Assembly: GCA_965215505.1 (NCBI GenBank) | Contig: OZ244065.1 | Coordinates: 4,128,001 to 4,192,000 of the forward strand | Direction: 5' to 3' | Length of the DNA: 64,000 nucleotides | Origin: Capsulimonadaceae bacterium | Lineage (GTDB): Bacteria; Armatimonadota; Armatimonadia; Armatimonadales; Capsulimonadaceae | Shown here: in pieces, positions 25,828 through 34,442 of the stretch | How the letters are laid out: each line of letters starts with the position of its first letter | How positions within the stretch are numbered: position 1 is the first letter of the stretch | Made by a program: the position numbers and the translations under genes | The notes under the pieces: model-generated | Told to the model about the DNA's origin: nothing | Seen by the model: the letters and a program-made list of their open reading frames with translations, nothing else | Database searches by the model: none

Positions 25828-28530
25828 ATGAAGCCTACGCCTCTGCTCTTTACCCTTACTTTCCTCTTAGCCTTCCTCTCCTTCCAAACCAGCGCCAGCG
25901 CTGCGCTGACCGTCCGCGTGGACGCTTCCCAGGGAGCGCCGCGCCTGGTCGTCAACGGTCGGCCCGTTCGCGCCCGGATGTTTTATGGCAGCTACGGCAG
26001 TTACCGTCTGCCTCCGCCCGCGCCCCTTCCCGTCCCCGCCGGCGCGCACACCCTGAGGTTCGACTTCACGGCGCGGGCGACCGAGCCGGGCCAAGCGACC
26101 CTGCACTTCCGCTTCGGGCAGGCACCGGGGGAGATTGACCTGGATGACATCCATGTCACCGACCTGAACACGCATCAGGACGTGATGCCGACGCGCACCT
26201 TCGAGGGCGGGGCGGCGGAGTTTGCCCGCGACTGGGCGGTCTGGCCGGAGGGCGCGGCCAACACGGTCGGCACGGTACGGGTCGAGCCGGGCGTCGGGGA
26301 GGGCGGCTCGGCGGGGCTGCACATCAGCATCAAAGCACCCGCGAATGGGGCGTGGCCGGACTTCCATGTCCATTCCAGCGAGACTTTGGCGCTCACCAAA
26401 GGCCATCACTACCGTGTCAGCTTCTGGATACGGGCGGACGCACCCCGTTCATTGACCGTCGCCTTCTACCGGCCTGGCAGTCCCTTCGTCTACCTCGGCG
26501 GCGTGTCACAGCCGGACGTTTTCTCGGCCCAGATCAAAATGGCGGCGCGGGCGGGAGTGCCGTTTGTCTCGTTCATGATCAGCCCGATCCCCTGGCCCGC
26601 TCCTGGGCAGCCTGCCGACTGGTCCGAAGCGGACGATGCCTGTGACGCCGTTCTGCGGGCCGACCCGAGCGCCCTGCTCGTGCCGCGCATCTCGGTCAAC
26701 GCCCCCGACTGGTGGCGCAGGGCACATGCGGGCGAGATGATGCGCTGGGAGGATTCGCCCGCCGGGGACCACCCGCCCGTCGCCGTCCCCGCCTCCCCTG
26801 CCTTCCGCCGGGACGCGGGCGCACGCCTTGCCGCGCTCATCGCCCACGTGGAAGGGAAGTACGGGGACCACATGGGCGGCTACCATGTGGCCGGGCAGAA
26901 CACCGACGAGTGGTTCTATCAGGACAGTTGGGGCCACGCCCTGAACGGCTATGCCCCCGCCGACCTGACGGCCTGGCGTTTGTGGCTGAAACAGCACTAC
27001 GGGACCAGCGCCGCCCTCCAGGCCGCCTGGAACGACCCCGGTGTGACGCCCGAGACAGCCGCCGTCCCTACCCCCGCCGCCCGTCATGCCGCGCCCAACG
27101 GGCTGTTCCGGGACCCACAGCGCGAGCGCGCCATCATTGACTTCAACCTGTACCAGCAGCAGATGATGGCCGACTGCGTCTGCGATCTGGCCCATGTCGC
27201 CCGCGTGGCGAGCGGCGGGCGAAAGCTGGTTCTATTTTTCTACGGCTACGGCTTTGAACTGAGCGTCGTCCCGACCGGGCCGGGGTCGTCGGGGCATTAC
27301 TCCCTGCGCCGCGTGCTGGACTGCCCCGACATTGATGTCCTCTGCTCCCCGATCTCTTACTACGACCGTGGCCCGGACGGCAGCGCCCCCACGATGACGA
27401 CGGCCGAAAGCGTCGCGCTGGCAGGCAAGATGAAGCTGAACGAGGACGACACGGCTACCTATTTGAGCCTGGGGGACGCGCCCGGCGCGGACGTCCGGGT
27501 GAGGACGCGGGCCGAGACGAACGAGGAGCTGACGCGCAACGTCGCGCAGGAGGCTTTGCGGAACTTCGGGACCTGGTGGATGGACCTGGGCGCGACGGGC
27601 TGGTTTAACGACGCCGGCCTGTGGGACCGGATGGCCCGCCTGAACGCCCTCGACCAGCCGCTGCTGAGGCACCCGACGCCCTATCACCCTCCCGTCGCCG
27701 CCGTGCTGGACGAGCGGACCATGCTGCGGCTCGCCGAGGGCGCGGCCCTGGTGACCGGCCCCGCCGTCTCCGAGTCGCGCCGGCCCCTGGGCCTGATGGG
27801 TGCATCTTATGGGCAATACCTATTGGATGACGTAGCGGCGGGGCGTGTCCCGGCCCAAGTCTACGTCTTCCTGAACGCCTGGGTCCTGTCGGCACAGCAG
27901 CGGACCGCCCTCGCGCGGGCGACGCGAGGCCGCACCCGCGTCTGGTGCTACACGCCCGGCCTCTACGATGACGATTACCTTTCGCCCGCTGCAATGCGCG
28001 CCCTGACCGGGTTCGCGCTCCGCCCCGCCGCTCCCCAAAAAGCGATGGCGACGCCGACGGCGCGCGGCCGGGCGCTTGGTCTGACGCGGCCCTTCGGCCT
28101 GGGCCGCTCCCTCCCATTGCTGTTCACCCCGGCTGACGCCAAACTCGGTGAGATCCTGGCGACCTACCCGGACGGCTCCCCCGCCGTCGCCCTGCGCCGG
28201 TCGGCGGACGGCGTCTCGCTATTCGTCGGTGTACCCGGCCTGACTCCCGAACTCCTGCGCCTGGCCGCCCGCGCGGGCGGCGTCCACCTTTACACACAGA
28301 CGGACTGCAATGTCTGCGCGAATGGCCCATTTTTAGTCGTCCACGCTGCCCAGCCTGGGCCGGTCCAGATTGATACCGGCAAGGCCGGCCCGGTCCGGGA
28401 TGTCCTGAGCGGTCGGGTGATCGGGCAGGGGCCGCACTTGTCCTTGAACCTTGCGCGCGGCGAGACGCGGGTGCTGATCCTCTCCCCGGCGCTACGCGCC
28501 GACCCTCCCCTCGGAGGGAAGGGTGGGTAA
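25828..28530 (+). CDS. Secreted GH42-like (beta-galactosidase-like) hydrolase with inserted CBM4/9-like module
   Basis: Signal peptide; GHHYRVSFWIRAD CBM-like strand; GQNTDEWFY and WLKQHYGT..ALQAAWN segments. Confidence 0.7.
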   Translation: MKPTPLLFTLTFLLAFLSFQTSASAALTVRVDASQGAPRLVVNGRPVRARMFYGSYGSYRLPPPAPLPVPAGAHTLRFDFTARATEPGQATLHFRFGQAPGEIDLDDIHVTDLNTHQDVMPTRTFEGGAAEFARDWAVWPEGAANTVGTVRVEPGVGEGGSAGLHISIKAPANGAWPDFHVHSSETLALTKGHHYRVSFWIRADAPRSLTVAFYRPGSPFVYLGGVSQPDVFSAQIKMAARAGVPFVSFMISPIPWPAPGQPADWSEADDACDAVLRADPSALLVPRISVNAPDWWRRAHAGEMMRWEDSPAGDHPPVAVPASPAFRRDAGARLAALIAHVEGKYGDHMGGYHVAGQNTDEWFYQDSWGHALNGYAPADLTAWRLWLKQHYGTSAALQAAWNDPGVTPETAAVPTPAARHAAPNGLFRDPQRERAIIDFNLYQQQMMADCVCDLAHVARVASGGRKLVLFFYGYGFELSVVPTGPGSSGHYSLRRVLDCPDIDVLCSPISYYDRGPDGSAPTMTTAESVALAGKMKLNEDDTATYLSLGDAPGADVRVRTRAETNEELTRNVAQEALRNFGTWWMDLGATGWFNDAGLWDRMARLNALDQPLLRHPTPYHPPVAAVLDERTMLRLAEGAALVTGPAVSESRRPLGLMGASYGQYLLDDVAAGRVPAQVYVFLNAWVLSAQQRTALARATRGRTRVWCYTPGLYDDDYLSPAAMRALTGFALRPAAPQKAMATPTARGRALGLTRPFGLGRSLPLLFTPADAKLGEILATYPDGSPAVALRRSADGVSLFVGVPGLTPELLRLAARAGGVHLYTQTDCNVCANGPFLVVHAAQPGPVQIDTGKAGPVRDVLSGRVIGQGPHLSLNLARGETRVLILSPALRADPPLGGKGG

Positions 28531-28660
28531 ATAGAGAGCGGGGCGGTCCTATCGTAAGTCTTGCCGTAATTGGAAGGCCGCAGGACAAGAAGCGCCCCGG
28601 CCCTCGCCAAACACCCTTCCCTTTGAGGGAAGGGTCGGCGCGTAGCGCCGGGGGTAGGAC
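28475..28660. repeat. Palindromic MITE/REP-like element B (about 186 bp), same family as element A
   Basis: Arm TGATCCTCTCCCCGGCGCTACGCGCCGACCCTCCCCTCGGAGGGAAGGGTG and inverted arm CACCCTTCCCTTTGAGGGAAGGGTCGGCGCGTAGCGCCGGGGGTAGGAC. Confidence 0.88.
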
Positions 28661-28663
28661 CTC

Positions 28664-28693
28664 TTGACTTCCTCCGCCCGCACCTGGTATAAC
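28664..28693 (+). promoter_or_regulatory. Sigma70-type promoter of the mod operon
   Basis: TTGACT - 18 bp - TATAAC with extended -10 TG. Confidence 0.65.
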
Positions 28694-28717
28694 TTACCCG
28701 CCTTGCCTATTACTGCC

Positions 28718-29149
28718 ATGTCTACTACCTCCACATCCGTCAAGCTGACGCGCGCGCAGGTCGCGCAGATGCTCCAGATCACGCCCAAGACGCTGGCCGT
28801 CTGGGAGAAAAGCGGGCGCATCCCCGTCCCCGAGCGGGACTGGCGCGGGTGGCGTCTCTACGATGAGGCCGCCGTCGCCGCCGTCCGCGCCGCGCTTGGT
28901 GCGCCGGCGGAAGAGGTCGCGGCCCCTGAGCCGAACCGGCCCATGCAGATCAGCGCGCGGAACGCCCTGCGCGGCATCGTCCGCGAGATTACGGGCGACG
29001 GCGTGCTGTGTGAGGTGACTCTGGACCTCGGGAACGGGCAGGAGGTCGTGTCGGTCATCACGCGCTCCTCCGCCCAGCGTCTCGGGCTGAGGCCCGGCGT
29101 CGAGGCGACGGCACTCATCAAATCTACGGAGGTCCTCCTTGCGCGTTAG
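28718..29149 (+). CDS. MerR-type HTH plus TOBE (molybdate-binding) regulator
   Basis: QVAQMLQITPKTLAVWEKSG HTH; ISARNALRG...SVITRSS...ALIKSTEV TOBE/Mop motif. Confidence 0.9.
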   Translation: MSTTSTSVKLTRAQVAQMLQITPKTLAVWEKSGRIPVPERDWRGWRLYDEAAVAAVRAALGAPAEEVAAPEPNRPMQISARNALRGIVREITGDGVLCEVTLDLGNGQEVVSVITRSSAQRLGLRPGVEATALIKSTEVLLAR

Positions 29150-29912
29150 ACTTAGGATTGCTTTCCTGCTCCTGTCCGTCCTGCTGGCATTGCCCGCCCA
29201 CGCCGACCCTTTGCGCGTGGCCGCCGCCGCCAACCTGCAAAAAGTGTTCACCGAGGCCCTGCTGCCCGCCTTCACGAAGAAGACCGGCACGGCAGTGACG
29301 CCGACTTTCGGGGCGACTGGGGCGCTCGCCACGCAGATCGAGAACGGGGCACCGATTGACGTCTTCGTCTCCGCCGACACGGCTGCGGTGCAGAAGCTCG
29401 CCGCCGGGGGGACCGTCGTGCCCGCCAGCGTCCACCCCTACGCCATCGGCCGGCTCGTCCTGTGGTCCAGCGCTGGGGCCGCGCACCACCCGAAGAGCAT
29501 CCAGGACCTTGGCGACCCGGCCTACGCCAAGATCGCCATCGCGAACCCCAAGACCGCCCCCTACGGTCTGGCCGCCGAGCAGGCGTTTACCCGCTCCGGC
29601 ATCGCGGCGCGCATCGCCCCGCGCGTGGTCCAGGCCGAGAACATCGGCCAGGCCTTGCAGTTCGCCCAGTCCCGCAACGCCGATGTCTGCCTGACCGCCC
29701 TGTCCCTGGTCATCGGGGACAAGACCGACCCTTATGTCATCGTCCCGGACGGCCTGCACGACCCCATCACGCAGAGCCTCGGCCTGGTCCGGACGACCAC
29801 GCAGACGACCCAGGCGATGGCGTTCATTGACTTCCTCACCGGCAAAGACGCCGCCAAGATCTGGAAGAGCTACGGCTACGAGCTGCCCAAGGCACTGAAG
29901 GAGGCCAAATGA
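29139..29912 (+). CDS. modA: Molybdate ABC transporter substrate-binding protein
   Basis: VAAAANL, FGATGALATQIENGAPIDVFVSAD, IANPKTAPYG. Confidence 0.93.
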   Translation: MRVRLRIAFLLLSVLLALPAHADPLRVAAAANLQKVFTEALLPAFTKKTGTAVTPTFGATGALATQIENGAPIDVFVSADTAAVQKLAAGGTVVPASVHPYAIGRLVLWSSAGAAHHPKSIQDLGDPAYAKIAIANPKTAPYGLAAEQAFTRSGIAARIAPRVVQAENIGQALQFAQSRNADVCLTALSLVIGDKTDPYVIVPDGLHDPITQSLGLVRTTTQTTQAMAFIDFLTGKDAAKIWKSYGYELPKALKEAK

Positions 29913-30472
29913 GCCACACCCGCCTCTCGCCGGTCGGCCTCGTCCTGCTGGTCGGCGTGGCAGTGTTCGGCCCGTCCGCCCGCGCCCAGACCGTGCCCGC
30001 CGACACCTTCCAGATCGCCGGGGCCGTGACCGCGCCCCACACCTGGAGCGTCGCGCAGATCAAGAAGCAGATGCCGACCGACATCCGCCCGCTGACCTAC
30101 ACATTGAAGGGGCAGAGCCACACCGCCCACGCCGTCGCGCTCTGGACACTGCTCCAGGCCGCCGGGCCGCGCCTCAACCCGCAGATCAAGCACCACCTGT
30201 TGCAGTTCATCGTGGCCGTGCGCGGGCAGGACGGCTACACCTCGGACTTCACGCTGGGGGAGCTGTCGCCGGACTTCGGGGACCGGGCGGTCTGGGTCGC
30301 TTTGGACGAGGATGGCAAGCCGCTGACCGGTGACGGTGGCCCGGTCCAGCTCCTGGTGCCCGGTGACAAGAAGCCCGCGCGCTGGGTCCACGCCGTCCGG
30401 GCGATCATCGTCACCGACGGTGCCGCTGCCGCCGCCCCCGCCCTCCTTCCTGCGACCCCCGCCGGGGCCTAG
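29909..30472 (+). CDS. Secreted molybdopterin-oxidoreductase-like (Oxidored_molyb fold) protein
   Basis: Signal peptide; GQDGY, DGKPL, GPVQLLVPGD...RWV motifs; contains no Cys. Confidence 0.7.
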   Translation: MSHTRLSPVGLVLLVGVAVFGPSARAQTVPADTFQIAGAVTAPHTWSVAQIKKQMPTDIRPLTYTLKGQSHTAHAVALWTLLQAAGPRLNPQIKHHLLQFIVAVRGQDGYTSDFTLGELSPDFGDRAVWVALDEDGKPLTGDGGPVQLLVPGDKKPARWVHAVRAIIVTDGAAAAAPALLPATPAGA

Positions 30473-30475
30473 CCT

Positions 30476-31120
30476 GTGGACTGGTCGCCGCTCTGGCTCT
30501 CGCTCAAAGTCGCCGGCTGGGCCACCGTGGGCAGCGTCCTGTTCGGCCTGCCGCTCGCCTACCTCCTGGGCCGCGTCCGCTTTCCGGGCCGCAGCCTGCT
30601 GGAAGGGGTGGCCCTGCTGCCGCTCGTCCTGCCGCCCACCGTACTAGGCTATGCCCTGCTGGTCGGCCTGGGCCGGCGCGGCGCACTGGGGGCCTGGCTG
30701 GACCGCGTTCACCACCCCCTCGTCTTCACCTGGCAGGGGGCCGCCCTCGCCGCCTGCGTCGCCTCCACGCCCCTGTTCGTCACCCAGGCCCGCGTCGCAC
30801 TTTCCGCCGTGGACCCAGATGTCCTCGCCGCCGCCCGCACCGACGGGGCCGGCTTCTGGCCGGTGCTGCGCTTCATCCTGCTGCCCCTGGCCCGGCCCGG
30901 CCTGATCGCGGGCACGACCCTGGCCTTCGCCCGCGCCCTGGGCGACTTCGGCGCGACCCTGATGGTGGCCGGGGACACGCCGGGCCAGACGCAGACCATG
31001 CCCCTTGCCATCTACGACGCCGTCCAATCCGGCGACGCCCACACCGCCGCCGCCTTCGCCGCGCTGTCCGCCGCCCTCTGCCTCACGGTCTGCGTCCTGG
31101 CCGCGCGCCTGGGGCGCTAA
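30476..31120 (+). CDS. modB: Molybdate ABC transporter permease
   Basis: LPLVLPPTVLGY, FARALGDFGATLMVAG, TQTMPLAIY. Confidence 0.93.
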   Translation: MDWSPLWLSLKVAGWATVGSVLFGLPLAYLLGRVRFPGRSLLEGVALLPLVLPPTVLGYALLVGLGRRGALGAWLDRVHHPLVFTWQGAALAACVASTPLFVTQARVALSAVDPDVLAAARTDGAGFWPVLRFILLPLARPGLIAGTTLAFARALGDFGATLMVAGDTPGQTQTMPLAIYDAVQSGDAHTAAAFAALSAALCLTVCVLAARLGR

Positions 31121-31214
31121 ATGGACGGAGGAAAGGGCCGCCCCGGCGTCGAACGGTCTTACGTCCTCATTGCCTTTCCGCTTCCCCGCTCCCCACGCGA
31201 GTGTTTCCAGTATC

Positions 31215-34200
31215 ATGCCGAACACACAATCCAGCATCATTGACAACCGCGAGGGGAATACCCTCCTTTCCAGCCTCCAGGCCGTCACGGACAGCGGGCG
31301 GGAGCTGTGCATCGCCTCCGCCTTCTTCACCCTGGACGCCCTGCTGCTGCTGGCCGACACCCTGGACGGCTACGCGAAAATCCGCCTGCTGTTCGGGGGC
31401 GATGCCGACGCCACGCAGCGGCGGAAGCTGATGGAGAAGGCGCGGATGGAGTCCGAAACCGATTTGCTCCGTCAGCGCGAGGAGGGGCCGGCCCTGCTCT
31501 CGCCCCTCCAGGTCGTGGAGAGGCTGTTCCAGGAGGGCAAGATCGAGGCGCGCTGCTACACCAAGCAGAAGTTCCACGCCAAGGCCTACCTCATCCGGCG
31601 CGATGCCGCCTTCGCCCCCCGGCAGGGCATCCTCGGCAGCGGCAACTTCACCCGGTCGGGCATGACCCGCAACATCGAGCTGAACGTACACCTGACCATC
31701 GAGCAGTCCGCCCATCTGGAAACCTGGTTCGACGACCGCTGGGCCGAGGCCGAGGCCGACGAGGTGACGCCGGACATCCTGACCCTCCTCCAGACCCAGA
31801 TCGCCCTGTACCACCCGTATGTGCTGTTCCAGAAGGCGCTCGCCGTCTGGGGGGAGTTTTTCGGCGGGGCGCAGGAGGAAAGTACCCTGCCCCTGGACCC
31901 GCACCAGGCGCAGGGCTTCGGGCAGGCCCTGAACATCATCGCGCGGGAGCAGGGCGTCCTGGTGTGCGACGGAGTCGGCCTGGGCAAGAGCTTCATCGGC
32001 CTGGCCCTCATGGAACACTTCTGCCGGGAGGGGCGCAACGTCCTCCTGATCGCGCCCAAGAACATCCTGGACAGCAGTTGGCGCGGGTATCTGGACCGAT
32101 ACCTGCGCCGCTACCGCGAGCCTTTCGGCAACATCACGGAGATGTCCATGACCGAGTTCGGGTTTTCGGCGGAGGACCCCAAGAACGGCCCCCCGGCGGC
32201 CGGCGACCTCCTGGACAAGCGCCACCTGCGCGATGACCTGTGGGACCGGGCGGATGTCATCGTCATTGACGAGGCGCATAACTTCCGCACGCCGTCCGCC
32301 GCGCGCTACCAGAACCTGTTCCGCATCGTGCAGGAGGCGCGCGGGCAGCGCAAGAAGGTCATCCTGCTGACGGCGACGCCGATCAACACCGAGTACGCCG
32401 ACCTCAGCGCCCAGGTGGCTCTGATCACCCAGGACAAGGGGACCGTCGGCGGCTACGGCATCGCCCAGGTCCGCCGGTCCGCCTTGCTGCTGGATAACGA
32501 GATCCGGCAGAGGAAGAAGGCCGACGACGTGCTGCCGTCCGGCCAGCTCAGTCTGGAGTTGCGCGAGACGGACAGCCAGGTCCTCAACGGCGTCCTGGAG
32601 GCGGTCCTCATCCAGCGCAGCCGCAAGACCTGCAAGGCGCTTGCCGAGGCGGCGGGGAAACATTTACGGTTCCCTCACCGGAACCCGCCTCAGACGGTCG
32701 GCTATGACCTCGGGGACGCCTTCCCCGAGTTCCGCGCCATGATCGCCGTCGCCGAGCGCCGCTTCGCCCCCGGCGTCGCCCTCTACAGGCAGATGCGGGA
32801 GGAGGCCGACAAGGCGGACGCCCAGGAGCGCGCGCCGCGCCCGGTCAGGGACATCAAGAAGAAACTGCCGGGCATCAAGCTGGCCGCGTTCCTGCTGGAA
32901 CAGTACCGCTACGAGGCCGAGGGCGGGCGGAAGCGATACCAGGACGAGGTGCGGCTGGCGGGCCTGGTTTACTCCAACGCCCTCAAACAGCTCGAAAGCA
33001 GCCCGCCCGCCTTCCAGGGCATCCTGCAAAGCCTGGGCGAAGGCCTGATCGCCCGGCTGGAATTCGTCTTCGGCAGGGACGCCGCCCGCCCGCTGATCGA
33101 GCCGCACCTTGCCTGGGTGCGGACGCCCCTGTTCCCCCGCCCCGCCGCCGAGAAGGCCGAGGACGGGGAGGAAGACCCGGAGGCTGAGATGGCCGATGCG
33201 GAGGCGCTGGACCTGTCCGGGTCCGACACCGACGACTGGCTCTTCCAGGCCGTGCGGGAGCGGCAGTTGCCGCGCAAGCTGGCCGGCTTCACTGGGGACA
33301 GGTATGACCTGGAACGCTGGCAGGCCGACATCCGGGCCGACCTGTCCTACCTGCAAGAGATCCACGCCGCCGCCCTGGAAGCAAGGCGCAGGCCTGACCC
33401 CAAGCTTGAAAAGGTGCTGCCGCTCGTCGCCGCTGAGGTCGCCCAGGGCAGGCGCGTCCTGGTCTTCACGCAGAGCCGACGCACGGCGGACTATCTGGAA
33501 CGGGAGCTGAGAATCCCCGGCGCGCATGTCGCCCGCGTGGACTCGCGCGTGGAGGACACGCGGGCCGCCCTACTCCACGCCTTCTGCCCTGGCTATAACC
33601 CAAGCCCGCCCGGCCCCTGGCCCGCCTCCCTGCCGCGCCGGGTGGACGTGCTGGTCTCGACGGACGTCCTCTCGGAAGGGGTCAACTTGCAGGAGGCCGG
33701 GGCCATCCTGAACTATGACATCCACTGGAACCCCGTCCGGCTCATCCAGCGCATCGGGCGCGTGGACCGGCGCTTGGACCCGGACATCACGCCGCACGCC
33801 CACTCGTTCGACATCTACAACGTCCTGCCGCCGGCCGAGATAGACAGCATCCTCCAACTCGTCGGCGTCGTCGAGAACCGCACCCTGCGGATCAGCCGGA
33901 CGCTGGGGCTGGACGCCTCGTTCTTCAAAAGCACCGACCCCGCCGGGAACCTGATCGAGTTCAACAGCCGCTACGAGGGCGAGATGACCGGCACCGACCG
34001 CGCCCTGGCCGACTGGCTGCGCCAGAAGGCCCAGCCGGACCCGGACCTTGCCAGCGCGCTCGCCACCCTGCCGCCGGGCGCCTTCGGCGTCTGGAAGGGT
34101 GCCCCGCAGGACGGCCTGTTCGCCCTGTTCACCCTGCAATGGAATGTCAAGGATGAGGCGGTCCCCGCGCCCGACAAGGCCCGCTTCGGGGCGGAGATCG

Positions 34201-34442
34201 GCCGCCCCCTCCTCGCCCTGGAACGGCCCGGCCTGCCGCCGCTGATGGCGGCGGGGGAGATCTTCGACCTGCTGCGCGGCACGGTCAAAGGCCAGGTGTC
34301 CGGGCTGCCCTCGGGCGAGAAGGAATTGGGGGAGCGCCTGAAAAAACTCCGCAATGCCGTCCGCCAGCAGTTCGCCGCCATTGACCTGCCCAAGTCCGTC
34401 GTGCCGCGCCTCGTGTGCTGGATGGAGTGGAGAACGAAATGA
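31215..34442 (+). CDS. PLD-family nuclease fused to SNF2-like SF2 helicase (restriction-type subunit)
   Basis: KFHAKAYL...GSGNFT..G...NIELN (PLD); DGVGLGKS, IDEAHN, TATP, STDVLSEGVNLQ, QRIGRVDR (helicase motifs). Confidence 0.9.
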   Translation: MPNTQSSIIDNREGNTLLSSLQAVTDSGRELCIASAFFTLDALLLLADTLDGYAKIRLLFGGDADATQRRKLMEKARMESETDLLRQREEGPALLSPLQVVERLFQEGKIEARCYTKQKFHAKAYLIRRDAAFAPRQGILGSGNFTRSGMTRNIELNVHLTIEQSAHLETWFDDRWAEAEADEVTPDILTLLQTQIALYHPYVLFQKALAVWGEFFGGAQEESTLPLDPHQAQGFGQALNIIAREQGVLVCDGVGLGKSFIGLALMEHFCREGRNVLLIAPKNILDSSWRGYLDRYLRRYREPFGNITEMSMTEFGFSAEDPKNGPPAAGDLLDKRHLRDDLWDRADVIVIDEAHNFRTPSAARYQNLFRIVQEARGQRKKVILLTATPINTEYADLSAQVALITQDKGTVGGYGIAQVRRSALLLDNEIRQRKKADDVLPSGQLSLELRETDSQVLNGVLEAVLIQRSRKTCKALAEAAGKHLRFPHRNPPQTVGYDLGDAFPEFRAMIAVAERRFAPGVALYRQMREEADKADAQERAPRPVRDIKKKLPGIKLAAFLLEQYRYEAEGGRKRYQDEVRLAGLVYSNALKQLESSPPAFQGILQSLGEGLIARLEFVFGRDAARPLIEPHLAWVRTPLFPRPAAEKAEDGEEDPEAEMADAEALDLSGSDTDDWLFQAVRERQLPRKLAGFTGDRYDLERWQADIRADLSYLQEIHAAALEARRRPDPKLEKVLPLVAAEVAQGRRVLVFTQSRRTADYLERELRIPGAHVARVDSRVEDTRAALLHAFCPGYNPSPPGPWPASLPRRVDVLVSTDVLSEGVNLQEAGAILNYDIHWNPVRLIQRIGRVDRRLDPDITPHAHSFDIYNVLPPAEIDSILQLVGVVENRTLRISRTLGLDASFFKSTDPAGNLIEFNSRYEGEMTGTDRALADWLRQKAQPDPDLASALATLPPGAFGVWKGAPQDGLFALFTLQWNVKDEAVPAPDKARFGAEIGRPLLALERPGLPPLMAAGEIFDLLRGTVKGQVSGLPSGEKELGERLKKLRNAVRQQFAAIDLPKSVVPRLVCWMEWRTK

